DNA from: Ascidiella aspersa
Lineage: Eukaryota
Direction of reading: 5' to 3'
Assembly (NCBI GenBank): GCA_963924565.1
Contig: OZ004612.1
Coordinates: forward strand, 8,866,001-8,930,000
DNA length: 64,000 bases
Position numbers and translations under genes: made by a program. Under the pieces are notes generated by a model, which was not told the DNA's origin, did no database searches, and worked only from the letters and a program-made list of their open reading frames with translations. The number at the start of each line of letters is the position of its first letter. Position 1 is the first letter of the stretch. Shown piece after piece: positions 13,572 through 26,637 of the stretch.

Positions 13572-13824
13572 CGGGGTCAACGTACACCGAAGTACGGACG
13601 ATTTCGAGATACAATCAGGGATTGCCTAAACGCATGAGGTTTATCTCGAAACAGGCTCAAGCCAGGATCGGGCGCCTTCACCCAAAAAGGCCGGGATTCG
13701 AGCGAGCCTGCCACCGCCAGCAAGTTGTCAACGAAGCAGTCTACAGTTGAACTTGACCAGTTCTGCAACAGCAAAGTCTCCGGGATTCAAGCACTTGATG
13801 AGAGACATCACAGCTTTGCAGAAC
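13572..13824 (+). ncRNA. Conserved structured core, copy A
   Basis: 6 differences in 253 nt versus copy E by manual alignment; four hairpins. Confidence 0.6.
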
Positions 13825-16800
13825 ACACAAGTCAACGTTACAGGAATAAAGAGGATACCATCTTCTACAATCACCGCCTTGAATGAGAAAAGGGGGATTC
13901 AAAACAGTGCCAATGTGCATTGGACAATGGCCATTCAAAGAATGTGCCAACTTCGCAGAAACCAAGTTTCTGAGGTTTTGCCACGTTTCAACAACAATGT
14001 TGGTGGAATGAGCGTTGTTACGCATTTCTATATTGTATAAAAATATGTTATTCGTGTACTTAAGTGTATTTCGTGAACGACCTCGCTGTACATGTTGCCC
14101 ACACATGATTTTGTTTCGTTTTTGCCTTTTTACATTTCACAATATTTTTGCAATTAAAGAAAAATTGACCAAAAACACAAGTTTTCGTTTATCGAGTTTG
14201 AGCTGTTAAGAGTAGTACTTCCAAATAGGCAGGTTCAGTTCATACAAAACAGGTTTTTATAATATATTTCTGTCTTTTATAGGCGATAGAAAGTAAAAAT
14301 ATAACAGGTAACAACTTTATCAAAAGTATTTCACTTAATTGGTTTAGAAAAGAGTTGCCTGGTAACGGATGTTATGAAATGTTCAATTAGCTAGCAACCA
14401 TATTCCAAATTTTGTGTTTTATTGTCTAGTTAAGAGCACAACTTCAAATTAGGTATCGACCTGTAATTTGCCACTTAATAAGCTCCATCATTCAAATTAC
14501 AGGCTTTAAAATAATTGATTGACAACTGGCATTGACGTAGGCTGGGGTTATTAGAGCGTGACCGTATTCCGGCGTTTTGTTTAGGGTTAAACATCCTTGT
14601 TTGAATCCAGTGCTTGAGTTGTACAGGTGCCTAGAAATAAAGCTGAATGGCTTGAAATTTAGCTTATCGTACACCATAATGTACAGTTGTACACCAACTT
14701 ATAATAGGGTATATTAGACATGACGTTTAATTACTGCGAACTGTTAAAATGTAGATTTTGCGCAAGGTACGTTCGGCACCATTTTAACAGGCGAATCAAT
14801 TAAGAGTGCACAAAAGTCGTTGATAGTTCTCGGTAAACGAGATATTTAACACTATGCCGAAACTGATTTTACCTCTGGATTGAGCAATATTCGATTCCTT
14901 GTTAGTTATCGGTTCTTTTCCTCCATATAGGAAAGTTAAAAAATATGAAAAAAGAAAAAAGGCAAAAATAAGTAAACAAATTGTGCTTTAGATTGAAAGG
15001 AACAAGAAAAGAGAGTTAAGACACACTTTTGCTTTTCTATTAATTATTAGTTGAACTATTAATTAATTAAGATTTATATTTATTGATAAAGCATATTATT
15101 CTTAGGATTTACCCCACGTTTGTATAATTCATACTGCCGTATTCGTCTTTGTCCATATGATAGTAATTTTGTTTTCATTTTTCGAGTTTTGGCCACTATA
15201 TTTGTAAAACGAACCGAAATTTTATTAATTTAAGACCCTTCCTATAATTTCCTTTTATTAGAGCCTTGAATTTTCCCATGTAATGTGTTTCAACCTTGTT
15301 CACTTGATAAAAGCTCTTTGCGTGAAAGAACTGAAGCACCTAAAGGTGGCCGAAATAGTAAGTGCGAACAGAGCAATAGACGTAGCTTTGAAATTTTGCC
15401 AGTAATTCGAGAGCGCTTTTAGGCGGCCGCGGCGGCAGCGATCGCGTTTTAAGTCGACGAACGTGACCCAGAGAAAGGATAGAAATCTCGCGTCTGGGCC
15501 CGCCGGAAAATTGCGTTTGCGGCGGCGCTGAAGGCAGCAGCAAAATCAGCGCCCGGAAGCTTAAGACGGAAGAGGTTGCCTGCAGAAACAACACCCGAGG
15601 CGCGTCGCGCTGCCAGCCGGCAATTGTGGCTCAAAAAATAAACGCGTCGGTGCAAATTGGCCAGCAAAATGCACCGGACTCGGCAGTCAAAATGCAACCC
15701 ACAGTACGGACCGCATTCGGTACGGTTAGCGCTTTTGTAGAATGCCGTTCTCATCAGACCGAATTGATCCGAAAGTAGCTGGCCGTTTATCGTAATTAAC
15801 GCTCGTGTTTATGCCTGACCAGGACGCTTCTCACCACGCTACAATTGGATTAGAAACGGTGTATTGACCGCGCGCGTAACTGTGTCAACTGTGTATGCTA
15901 ATTTCGATGGGCGATTTCCTTCCACGCGGCTTGATACTCCAGACAGCGTTCCCACATGGAAATTTGCACCACGACGCAGCTGCCGAGTGTTACGCAAGCA
16001 ACCCAGCAAACCGCTTTGTTTATGTGTTAATTTGACTTGCAGTTTTTTTATGTGCTCTGCTTTTCAGTTGATATTTCAATTGTTGCCTATTCTAAACTGA
16101 GTGTTTCATCACAGAACCATCTGTTTGTTAACTGATGCTATCGTAAACGACTCATTAGGGCGTGTTGTTGTTGTTCGACTTGTTTATCACCTTATGGCTG
16201 TCGGAGTGGGCTGCAGCAGTGCGGCAATATGCTAATGAGACACATATGTGCATAGATCGAGCCTAATGTATGCAAATAATCGCGCCACGGAGCATTTTAG
16301 TTGGTGATCGAGCCTTTTAAGTTCTTAACTTTGATGGAGAAAAATGTCAAACATGTTAAAGTCTGCTTTTCGAAACTTGTTTGGTGATACGTGTCTTGGC
16401 AACGTCTTTGCAATCAACCATATTAAGCTGTAGAGAAACTGAAGATTTGTGGCCCAAAAACAAATAAAATGACTCTAGCCTAGTTGGGCTTCCTATAAAG
16501 GTATAGGTACTGTTGAAGGTTTTTGTATAGGCTACAATGAATTGTGGCTCAAAGTCACGTTGACTTTCAAGATCTTGGCCAAACGGATTCGTGCCGTCTT
16601 AGGACTTTCGTGAGAAATTTCAACACACGCTTATAAGTATCAAGAACAAACCAAACATCTCATCGTTACTTAACACCACTCCGTTAATTTAAAAACGCTG
16701 GCTCGTCAACTTAAGTAGTGGTCTTACGCACGAAGCAGTTAAAATCACTTGACTTTCGAAATACAAGTAACATTTTTCCGTGACTGGCTCAAAACTGCTG

Positions 16801-18099
16801 CCCAAGTGTCTTTGGTATATTAGTTAATCGCATTAAACGACGTTAGGAGTTTGCAATGATAGTGAATTACAATTTCTACCTTTACAAACTTTTCCAAATT
16901 ATTTATTCTTTTTTCTATCTTAGCACTAGTGGTAATAAGAATTCGCTTGAGCAACTTTGCTTATTTTTACACTTTGAAAAAATGCAGTTTATTATTTTTA
17001 ACTTTAAAAAATTCAACGTACAGCCTATATGGAAACCTTGTGTTTTGAAAAAAACATAAAAATAAATCTGTTTTGTGCTCCAACTAAGCATTCACCCCAA
17101 AAACAGCTCAGTTGACGGTCGCGGTTATTTGGCGGCCAAGCGGATGGGACTGGTGTGATTCACGCGCGCCAACGTTGCAATTCCCACGGCTGTAGGGTGT
17201 AATTTCGCCCATCGTGTTGTGTCTGCGGCAGCATGGGCGGGATTTTCGTTTGATGAACGAGCGTCCGCCGACCTTCACCCCAAAAGTGGAAAAGTTCGCG
17301 CCGAGGCCGGCGGCCCTGTGAACTCTAGGACCCGTGAATCAATCAACAGGCAGATCGCGCCGCCTCTTTGAAACCCGCCGTTTTTTGTGAGTAGCAGATC
17401 CCCTTTTTGTCGAAAGTCGCCGTGTAAATTTGACAGAGTGCGAAAAAATAGAGTAGATAAAGAAGGGAGCAAGGCCTTTGAAAATTGGCCAGGTGAAACG
17501 CGACCCACTGTAGACTTTTTATTGACATGACCTAACATTTCCAAGTTACCACTGGCGACGTGAACTATAAACCACTTTAAAGGCCTTTCTGACATTTCCA
17601 ATTGATTTTGCGGGTAGCCGCCACAATTTGTAGAAAATGGCCGTGTAATTTTACAAGGTGCGGAATAAAAGGTGTGGATAAACACATGAAAAAGTTCTTT
17701 TTAAATCCAAACTGTTACTGACTGTAAAGCCCAGTTGACATTGCCAAACCTTGGCGGAGGCCATGTCATACGCTAAATGCGCGACGCACCCTGAAAATAC
17801 TAAATAAACGGACCGGCATCGCTGTGAACTCTCGGAGCCCTTGTCTGTGAATTGGTCAACGCCGGTTCACGCCGCCTTGAACAAAGTAAATGAGTCGTTT
17901 CTCACGTCTCAACTTGGATTTCAAACATATTTTACCACTGTTGAGTCTAACGAGTTAGCCTGGTTTTATATGCCATACAGTTTCATACCGACAACAATCT
18001 TTAGCGAGCCGTAGATGCCCAACAGCCCGGAAAGCGATATTATCTGCCGAGCATTATTGCCGGCGTATAGGGATTTCAGGAGTTTGGCGTATAATTTTA

Positions 18100-19750
18100 A
18101 AAACAAAATATACATTTGACGTTAATCGTTGACAGCCCTAAGTTAAGCAATGCTATGCATGTTGAAATGTGTTTACCACTGTAACGCAGCCTAAAAACTC
18201 TCTGTTCGTAAGTCGGGTAAAGGTCAGACTCCGCTTGTCGCTTTGAATGTTTTTTCGTCGTGTATTTGTAGTATCGGTACTCGACCGGTGTCAATACAAA
18301 ACAATTGTTTACCTTGAAATGAAAATTTCATAAAAATCTTTTATAACAGTTAAAATTTCAACTTAGCCATGTAACGCCAAGGCAGATTTGGATGTGCTTG
18401 TTAAAATGTAATGACCACTGTAACGCAGCCTAAAAACGCCCAGTTCCTAACTCGGTTAAAGGTCAGACTCCACTTGTCGCCTTATGATGTTTTTTCGCCA
18501 TGTATTTCGCCGCACGAACACAAAAGAACGCCTTATTGATTTTGCCGAACCCTCTTTCCCTTAACGTTGTCTTACGTTCTGGTCACGCGCTCTACGACCA
18601 GCGTGAACCATGTCGAACACGCCACTTGGAAATTTAAAGAATTAACCTGTGCGTCAGTGGCAGAATACACGCTAGTCAGTTACATATAGGGATCGGTAAG
18701 GCGTACGTGTATCGTCATTATGAGAACGGCAAGAGCATACTTTTCAAATTATGTCATGGCGTTCCTGTGTCGTTTTGCATCGCAACGTTTAAAGCGAAAT
18801 TACGTTTTCTGTCGTTGACGTTTTTAACGCATTGTACAATGTTAGGTTTTCACACTCTTAATTATATGCCGATAATATTAGATCAGAGCTGATACACGAT
18901 GCCAGATTGTAGTATCGGTACTTGACCGGTAACAATCCAAAAAGAAAACAACAAAGTTATTTGAGTATATTGGCCACTTATTATGATCCAAAGCAACGTT
19001 TTCTACCTTTATATGAAAATTTCACAAAAAGTCTTTTATTAACAGTTAAAATTTCAACTTAGCTGTGTAACGCCAAGGCAGATTTGGATGTGCTTGTTGA
19101 AAAGTGATGACCAAAGTAACGCAGCCTAAAAACGCCCTGCCCATAAGTCGGTTAAAGGTCAGACTGCACTTGTCGCTTTGAATGTTTTTTCGCCATGTAT
19201 TTCACCGCAAAAGAACGCCTTATTGACTTTGCCGAACCCTCTTTCCCTTAACGTTGTCTTACGTTCTGGTCACGCGCTCTACGACCAGCGTGGTCCATGT
19301 CGAACACGCCACTTGGAAATTTAAAGAAGTAACCTGTGCGTCAGTGGTGGAATACACGCTAGTCAGTTATATATACGGATCGCTAAGACGTACGTGTATC
19401 GTCATTATGAGAACGGCATGCGCATACTTTTTAAATTATGTCATGGCGTTCCTGTGTCGTTTTGCATCGCAACGTTTAAAGCGAAATTACGTTTTCTGGC
19501 GTTGACGTTTTGAGCGCGTTGTACGATGTTGGGTTTCTACACTCTTAACTATATGTCTTATAATATTGATTTGGAGCTAATACCCGATGCCAAATTGCAG
19601 TATCGGCACTCATCCGGTGCCAATCGAAATAATACCACTTAGGATCCTATACTCCACGTTTTCTACCATTAAACGGAAATTGATCAAAAATTCTTAAATT
19701 TATTGTTTAAATTATAAGTTAGCTGTGTAACGCCAATGCAAATTTTGGCT
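18100..19750. repeat. Tandem duplication, ~640-690-bp unit (2 full + 2 partial)
   Basis: Unit anchor gYagtatcgg at 18268, 18909 and 19597; long near-identical stretches, e.g. 18547-18850 versus 19234-19540. Confidence 0.9.
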
Positions 19751-22080
19751 TAACAACCGGAAAACATTACATTTGCACCTTTTGATTTTGGAGAAATGTT
19801 ATTACAGAAATGACATCATTAGGCATCGGGCCAAAAGACCGCTCGTTTCGCCCAGAATATCGTGTTTTGCTATCCGAATAAAATACCAAGAATCGGACAT
19901 TCTATTTCTAACATTGAGTCGGTGGACCACTTCTTAACGGCGCAAATGTCAACCCAGTAGCCGTGTCAATGTAAAAGGCACAAACCAACTTAAATCAGGG
20001 TGTGGACAATTGATTCTTTCCCACTATACTACGTGTAAATCCCTCAACCAGTCATATTGGCGTAAGTGACGCCTTTGCTTATTTTCGGACCAAATTGCCG
20101 CCCAGGCTGACGACGGGGCCATTCTCACACACGGCCGGCCACCGCGGCAGCAAAACGCTTCTTGTCGCGGGCCTTGACCCCGTAAAGCTGCACGAGCAAT
20201 GGCACGTTTTTTCGCTTTGCGTCCCGATAATCGCTCCGCAAAATTGCCGCTCGCTCTCAACGCGCTTTTGGCGTTCGCCCTGTATATGCGCTTTGGTGTA
20301 AGGGCGACGCTTCTAACTGTACTTTAACGTCTATTTTTGCTCGTCGGGTCGAGAGTGGCCTGTGATAAGATCTCGCCTGCAACGAAGCTGCTTTTTATAT
20401 CGGAAGATCGCCGTTTTGATGGGACGGATTCGGCAGCGTTTAAGCACACTTTTGCTTAGCGACTGGACATGCGAGTTTGAAATAACCCTAAATGCCCGGA
20501 CCGTATCAAAATAGGATTTTTTAATGCGTGCGGTTATTTTTATCGTTACGTTTTACTGCGTTCAACCTAATTTAAAAATATTTTTTTATAACAGAAAAGC
20601 AATTTTATTTTATTTATTTAACTTACGCCGGAATTACCCGAGAAGGTGTACAGTCGCAAGTTTTGTTTATTTAATTTTGCGCACGAATCCGTTTCGAAAT
20701 CAAGCCGTGAGTTCGCCAACGCGGCTAATCGGCATGTTTCGCAATTGTCACTTTGTGAGAAAGTGGCCGTACTTTAACTACGGTGGGTGGATTGTCACGT
20801 TGGCGAGGCTGGGATAGTCGCGGGAAATTTTCGGGCGATAACTGTTTCAATGTAATCGAATCGTCAAATGTTTAATAGGAGTATTATTTACGCTTATGCC
20901 CTTCAGTAGCTCAAATTTGAGTGTGCAAACATGTGGTAAATACGTGGTTTCTCATCTACTTTATAGGGGCTTGATTTTGGCTTCACACTGGACGCCAATT
21001 GCCTTGGTCGGTTCAGTGGTGTTGTGCTTGATGCGCAAGCGAATTTCATTTCCACGTTTTTTCGTGTATTTTCAAAGTTTAGAAACGACACCGAAAGCCA
21101 ATCGCGTTATCTTGCGGTCATCGGGCGACTTTACTTCAGATAGTTTTTAGGAAAATGATAGAACGAATGCAGTGATAATTGACCGTGGAAGACACACACA
21201 TACGTCTACCGCTTATATATCGATTTCATGCAGAGTCTAACATCCATTAATTGTACTTTTGTCGATTTCAAAAAGTAAATTTCAAAAGAATAAAATACCC
21301 ATCCCCAATGAGTGGCACATTATTGCAAGAACTGCTTGCAAAAGTACACAACGCCAAAACTTATGCCTAGCTTCTTCAATGACTTATAGTCTTACATGTA
21401 CTCATGCCACTAATGTTGCTTTTAGTTCAAATGTACGTTTTTAATTGCTACCAACCGGTTTATGTGTTTGCAATGTATTGTTTATTAGAGGTTGCTAATG
21501 CCTTTATTTGTGACGAAACATATTTCTCTCAAGAACCTATAAATGACTGGCTTTGGTTTATACAGAAAAGTCTAAAGAATATACCCCAAATCTTAGGTTT
21601 ATTACTGCAAAAGCATCGCGAAAAAGTATAATAATCTAAGTGGAGCGCGGCCGTCCTGGTATATAGGTTATAGGTTATAACAGCTGTAAATGGTTGCTTT
21701 TCATCGCAGGCAGCAAGCAGATGTTTTTATTTCCGCGGCAATTGGGCTTCGATCGTTTCGAGTATAGCGGAATCCAAAAGCAAAATGGGCACGGAACCGC
21801 AAATCGTTTCAGGCGAACGAATACTTGGACTTTGCTATAGCGCGTGCGACTCACGGGACTGGCGGCCAACCACCCTTACCCCGAATGTCAGCGCTTTCAC
21901 AGGTCGACTTGTTTGATTAACGAGGGCAACGGCACCCAAGCCGCCTGGCAACGCGACTCTGCGCTTGTACTACATATAGTGACTCCCGGGCCGTTTTGGT
22001 GGCTAATTCGCGACACGGCCGGCTCTGTTTTCCTTACATTTTGTGGCCTTATACAACAAGGTTTAAGGTTCGCCATTTTT

Positions 22081-22245
22081 TATTGCTTGAAAAAAAATAG
22101 ACCAAAACCTTTTTAAAAATAGACCAAAACGAGTTTATTGCTTGAATAAAATAGATCAAAACTTGAGTTTATTCCTTGATAAAAATAGAACAAAACCTGA
22201 GGTTATTTGTTGAAAAAAATGGACAAAAACTTGAGTTTATTACAG
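22081..22245. repeat. Minisatellite, ~34-bp unit, ~5 degenerate copies
   Basis: tattgcttgaaaaaaatagaccaaaacttgagtt-like units. Confidence 0.85.
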
Positions 22246-22464
22246 AAAAAGATGCAAATTTAAATGGGAGGCAATCGCTTTTAAATAGATTCTAACAGCT
22301 ATAATTCGTTGCTTTATTGGACGCGGCAAGCAGATGTTTCCACTCCCGTGCCACAAATGTTTTTTAAAGTGGTCTTCTATAAGCGGGGACAAACAGGCAC
22401 CCTGGTACCCTTTGGATTGGCCTAGTGAACTGCAAAGCCCTTCAGAGAACTTGTTGATTTTTCA

Positions 22465-22615
22465 GAACCTCTTTCCCTTAACGTCGTCTCACGTTCTAGT
22501 CACGCGCTTTTTGAGCAAGCGTGGGCCATGTCGAACACGCCGCCAAACTATTTCAAAATCTTTAACCTGTGCGTCAGTCGAGGAATGTGCACCGGTCAGT
22601 TACTTATACGGACCG
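22465..22615 (+). repeat. Diverged copy of the core of the 18.1-19.7 kb tandem unit
   Basis: Aligns with 18547-18695 and 19234-19381 (ctctttcccttaacgt...ccatgtcgaacacgcc...taacctgtgcgtcagt). Confidence 0.85.
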
Positions 22616-22808
22616 ATGGGTTGTTCTGTCATTTACGTTCGTTGCCGCTCTGAAAACGTGAGAACGGCGTTCAATCTTCGTCCAAAGCGTGTTGCGGCGA
22701 TCCTAAAGAATGTTGCGACATCACGTTTAGGATAAATGGAACTCCCTGACCTAACTGTTTCTTTTAACTTCGCTTACGCCGGTGACGCACTGGGCAGCAT
22801 GACTGTAA

Positions 22809-23002
22809 AGGCTGGTTCACACTAGACCCGTCTAGCGTTAACGTAAAATGTTTTTAAAAACGCTTTCGGTTAGAAACGAGGAAATTTGCCGTTAACGCTG
22901 GCAACGCGTTATTTGTGAACTGGACGACGTTAGCCGTTAGAGGCCAGACGCTAACGCTAGACGTTAACGCTAGACGTTAACGCGTCTACTGTGAACCAGC
23001 CT
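22809..23002. mobile_element. PIF/Harbinger-type MITE
   Basis: TIR AGGCTGGTTCACAcTAGAC / GTCTAcTGTGAACCAGCCT, TAA target-site duplication on both sides, internal GTTAACGC repeats. Confidence 0.9.
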
Positions 23003-23049
23003 TAACGCCCTAACCTAAACCTTTTTTTCGACACGTTTTGCTCTTTATC

Positions 23050-23947
23050 CTGATGGTCATAACATTGACTCTGAATGCAAACGGTGTAATCGATTATGTG
23101 ACATTTGTTAATCGACACGAATAAATATGTATTTTTCTGAAATATCACAAGTCACATTTACAAAGCAGATTTAGTTGTTTAACGAATTACAGTTCTACTG
23201 TTTTTGTGTTTTGGAATTTTATCTATATCTATATCTGTAAAGTTACCATATTTTTTTCTGCAGAAGACTACATGCCAATCGAAACGTCGGCGGCATTAAT
23301 ACACGTTTAATCAGAAAAAAAAAACATTTTTAATTGACAAAACAATCTTATTTTCTCCCAAATATACTTCTAGATGAGTGTCTTTTTTTACGTTGCAATT
23401 CCAACCGCATCAATGAAGTGTTATCTTCGTTGTGTTCGTTGCAAATGTCGTCGTTTGTTGTTTTGTGATGTGATGTCTCTCATCAAGTGCTCGAATCCTA
23501 GAGACTATTCCTGAAAAATTCGACACAACGGGCAGCTTTTGTGATCACTTTCTGGCGGTGGCAGGCTCGTTCGAATCCCGGCCTTGTTTGGATAAAAGCG
23601 ACCGATCCTGACTTGAGCCTGTTTCGAGATAAACCTCATGCGTTTAAGCAATCCCTGAATTTATCTGAAAATCGTTTGTATATCCACATACGTTGACCCC
23701 GCTAGAAATGTGGTGTCGCTATAAGGATTTGTCCCTTCTTCTATTGAAAGGTCACAAGGTTCTTCTGCATCTGAATATGCGACCAAGTTGTCCTTTTGAT
23801 CACAAGTCACTTTTCCACATTTAAATGTGGTATTTATCAAGTTGTGTCCGGGCCAACCCTAAATGTAGCTCTAGCGAAAACGATTTCAGCCTATCGCTTC
23901 GCAATTAGCGTTTAGACAAAGAAAACAGTCGTGTGGTCTCTTATATA
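23050..23947 (-). other. Paralogous transcription unit B (most diverged; no intact KYK ORF)
   Basis: TATATAAG at 23947 on -, AAAAGTGA remnant at ~23810, TTTCTAG then diverged core at 23701-23470, AU-rich tail. Confidence 0.6.
23470..23701 (-). ncRNA. Conserved structured core, copy B (diverged)
   Basis: A ~45-nt stretch is identical to E; hairpins are retained with wobble and compensatory changes. Confidence 0.55.
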
Positions 23948-24268
23948 AACGCATGATAATCTGGGAAGGTGGCATCCAAGGAAAAAGGTGATTTCGCCAA
24001 ATTCGCCTTGGCCCGCCTGTCGCGCTGCCCTGCGTGTGATTCATTCAGGAGCAACTCTAGCGACAAAATTTTACGCTGCACAGAGACACTAATGTTTCCG
24101 CTGCCGGTAAAAATAAATCGCATAATTTGGGCGTGATTGTATGGATTATGAATAAACTTGCAAAAAATAGAGTTTTCTTAAGCCTTGTGAAATTTGCATT
24201 CAGCTATTTGCGGGATTTGACCTTTGTAAAGCTATTTGGCGTAAACTCTGAAAGAAATGTGTAAATCT

Positions 24269-24699
24269 CAATGTTGTAAACAAGTCATTTTAAAACCACT
24301 CAAGTGCTAGTCAAGTGATTTGCAAAAACACCTATATCCAAGTCAAGTAGGCTTAATTTTCATCAAATAGCAAGTCCAGTCTCAGTCAACATTATTGCCA
24401 TAACAAGCCAAATCCAAGTCACGGCATTGCACCAAAAATAACTATTAAACTGAACGCGTTCCATTTTGACCAAAAACCGAAACAAATAGCAAGTTAGCAT
24501 ATTTAATTTAATAGTTGAGTTAAATTACCTGATTTTACTAAAATGTATATGATTGAGGCACCTTAACTAACTTGATAGGCGTAACTGACTTAACTCCAGG
24601 TCCAGTTATTTTGCCCAAAAACTTGAAATCAAGCCCATTTGAAAACAGTAACTTAAGTGCACTTAAGTTAAATCATTAACACAAGTCATTACAACACTT
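24269..24699. mobile_element. Degenerate hAT-like MITE, same family as 1686-2079, inverted
   Basis: Ends CAATGTTGTAA / TTACAACACTT; AAGTC motif repeats. Confidence 0.7.
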
Positions 24700-25211
24700 A
24701 CCACATTTTTTTGGCTAGACAACATAGAAGTTGTATTGGCAGTCAAACGTTTCACAGGTTAAACTGCAACCTGTATTTATTCATCGAGTACGCTTACATT
24801 CTCAGCAAACGTTTTCGTAGTTTAAAAATGATTTCATAATTTAAAAATGAATTCTTAGCGAACGTTTTTGTAATTAAAAAATGGAGATAATTTTGCTAGG
24901 AAAAGCGCTCTCATGTAATAAACGCTTTGTCAGGCATAAGTCAATGTCGTTGCTAGTGTTTATGATTTTGTAAAATTTAAACCACCGAGTCAAAAGCGCA
25001 ACACAGTTTTTCTGGATGTACCGTTTTCCAATTAAGTACGTCTCGTTTTATGGAAAATGTGTTAATGAACCAGTGTCGATGCGAACATATTGCCTGTGTG
25101 CCAAACAAACTGTGTGGTCCTGTGGAAAACATTATCCGGGTCTCTCCATTCCAAGTAAGCCGTACATTAGTCAATGTCTTTAGCACCGAATGGCAGGAAC
25201 ACAACCATAAG

Positions 25212-25277
25212 GCCTTAGCACTATATATACACTGCCTTAGCACTATATATACACTGCCTTAGCACTATATATACACT
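25212..25277. repeat. 22-bp tandem repeat x3 (perfect)
   Basis: gccttagcactatatatacact x3. Confidence 0.95.
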
Positions 25278-26637
25278 TACCATCAGTGACTTCTCTCTAT
25301 GTTGAAAATGAATAAAGAGTTATTCGAAACGTTCAAAATGATGCATACTTTTGTATGGGCTTTGATATTCTTATTACGTCTTACAACCATAAGGAAATAA
25401 TTAATCTAACGGAGGCCAGGAGGAGCATGAATATGCAACAAATATTCCCTCTAAAACGGGAGAATGTCCAACATTCAGGATATAGCCACTCAGTCGCCAA
25501 CCGGCCCAGGTGCTTGTTTACAACAGAACTGCTTTTGCCCAAAAATCAGCCTGAGATATTTCCTAAATCCCGTGTTTTGCGTTTGTTATCACTTTGGCGA
25601 GATTTACATTTGACCTGATGCTTAGAAGCGTATATAGATTTCAAAGGACCGGCCAAATCCATTTCCATTCGCTTCTATTTTAAGTCATTCGCTTATATAA
25701 AGAGAGGACTATAAAGCAGTCGCCAATAAAGCAGTCTCGATTCCTGGAATATTTTGCACAGTGAGATATCGCCTTGGACCTTGAAGGCGCCAGGTTGATA
25801 ATTGATTTTGTTCGTCCTACTGCCAAAACTCCCGCCCGAATTGTGGACCTACTGATCTGGCGTTCACCGATTTTTGGTCAGGATTTTCCTCTATTTTGCC
25901 TGGAGTAGCAAGAATTGTTTTCGTGCCGTTTTCCACTAAACTGAGCTGTGTTCGTTTGCAGGACGTATAGCGAATAAGGATGTCGGGGATTTCTGCTTAA
26001 AGGTTCTTCTGATACTGTAAAGAGCTGCTTTGTCATACATAAAATATGACTTCTAAGCACCGTGTAAAAAAAACGGAAAATTTTATCATTTCTCTGAAAA
26101 CATATCCCAAATAAACCGAGGGTGCCTGTTTACAATGGAAGTCACGTGATCCACGAGAATCTATATTTCATTATTATATCTTTGTTACTGGCAATTTACC
26201 GTTGGTTGTCCTCAATTAGGCGTTGGCAATGTTTTTCAACGTGCATTTTTAAAATGGACAAATTTCATAAAAATAACATTAAATTCGAAGGAATGCACAA
26301 AGTTTTTAATACTGTTGGGCTCCCAATATGGTAAAAGGTCGTTGAGTCCGTGTGTGAGCATGCAAAAACAAAAGGTTGCATGCATATTTATATTTCCTGG
26401 AATATGTTTTGATTTTTTGGTTTGCTTAGTAGAAACTTTGTCACGACCGGCTACAGGTCATGATATGCTAATGTCATTCTTAGGCCAGCTTTTCTTATTT
26501 AGAGATCTAAATTGCAGCATTCAAGTTAAACCACGTGGGGGGTCGTATCGCAATTTATAGAGAATTTAGGTTTTAAAGTTCGTCGAACCGTTCATTACCA
26601 TAACTTTCGATCAAATCTTCCAGAAATCATCAGCTCT

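Larger units (their letters stand above)
13282..14170 (+). other. Paralogous transcription unit A (micro-ORF + structured core + AU-rich tail)
   Basis: TATA/Inr, KYK* ORF, conserved core at 13572-13824, AU-rich tail with ATTAAA at 14153. Confidence 0.65.

Noticed and set aside
13544-13750. Repeated ORF ...STYTEVRTISRYNQG...MRFISKQAQARIGRLHPKRPGFERACHRQQVVNEAVYS as the family protein
   Set aside because: Broken by TAG in C, TAA plus a frameshift in B and a deletion in D; variable sites show no codon-phase bias.
13577-13774. Antisense ORF MLLQNWSSSTVDCF... seen three times in the ORF track
   Set aside because: It simply reflects the near-identical core; it has a non-ATG start and runs opposite to the promoters.
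13385-13850. Selenoprotein or UGA read-through (copy A frame has only TGA stops for ~150 codons)
   Set aside because: Paralogs have TAG/TAA in that frame, D is out of frame, and I found no SECIS geometry.
13385-14040. Vague resemblance of translated fragments to IER, BTG/Tob or Hes proteins
   Set aside because: Requires stitching different frames with wrong spacing, and several unrelated families fit equally poorly.
22081-22245. CRISPR-like array
   Set aside because: Head-to-tail degenerate units without unique spacers, no cas genes, and a eukaryotic context. The same applies to 25212-25277 and 46731-46940.
23565-23584. tRNA or B-box-like GTTCGAATCCCG
   Set aside because: No A box or cloverleaf; it is the antisense of core hairpin 2.
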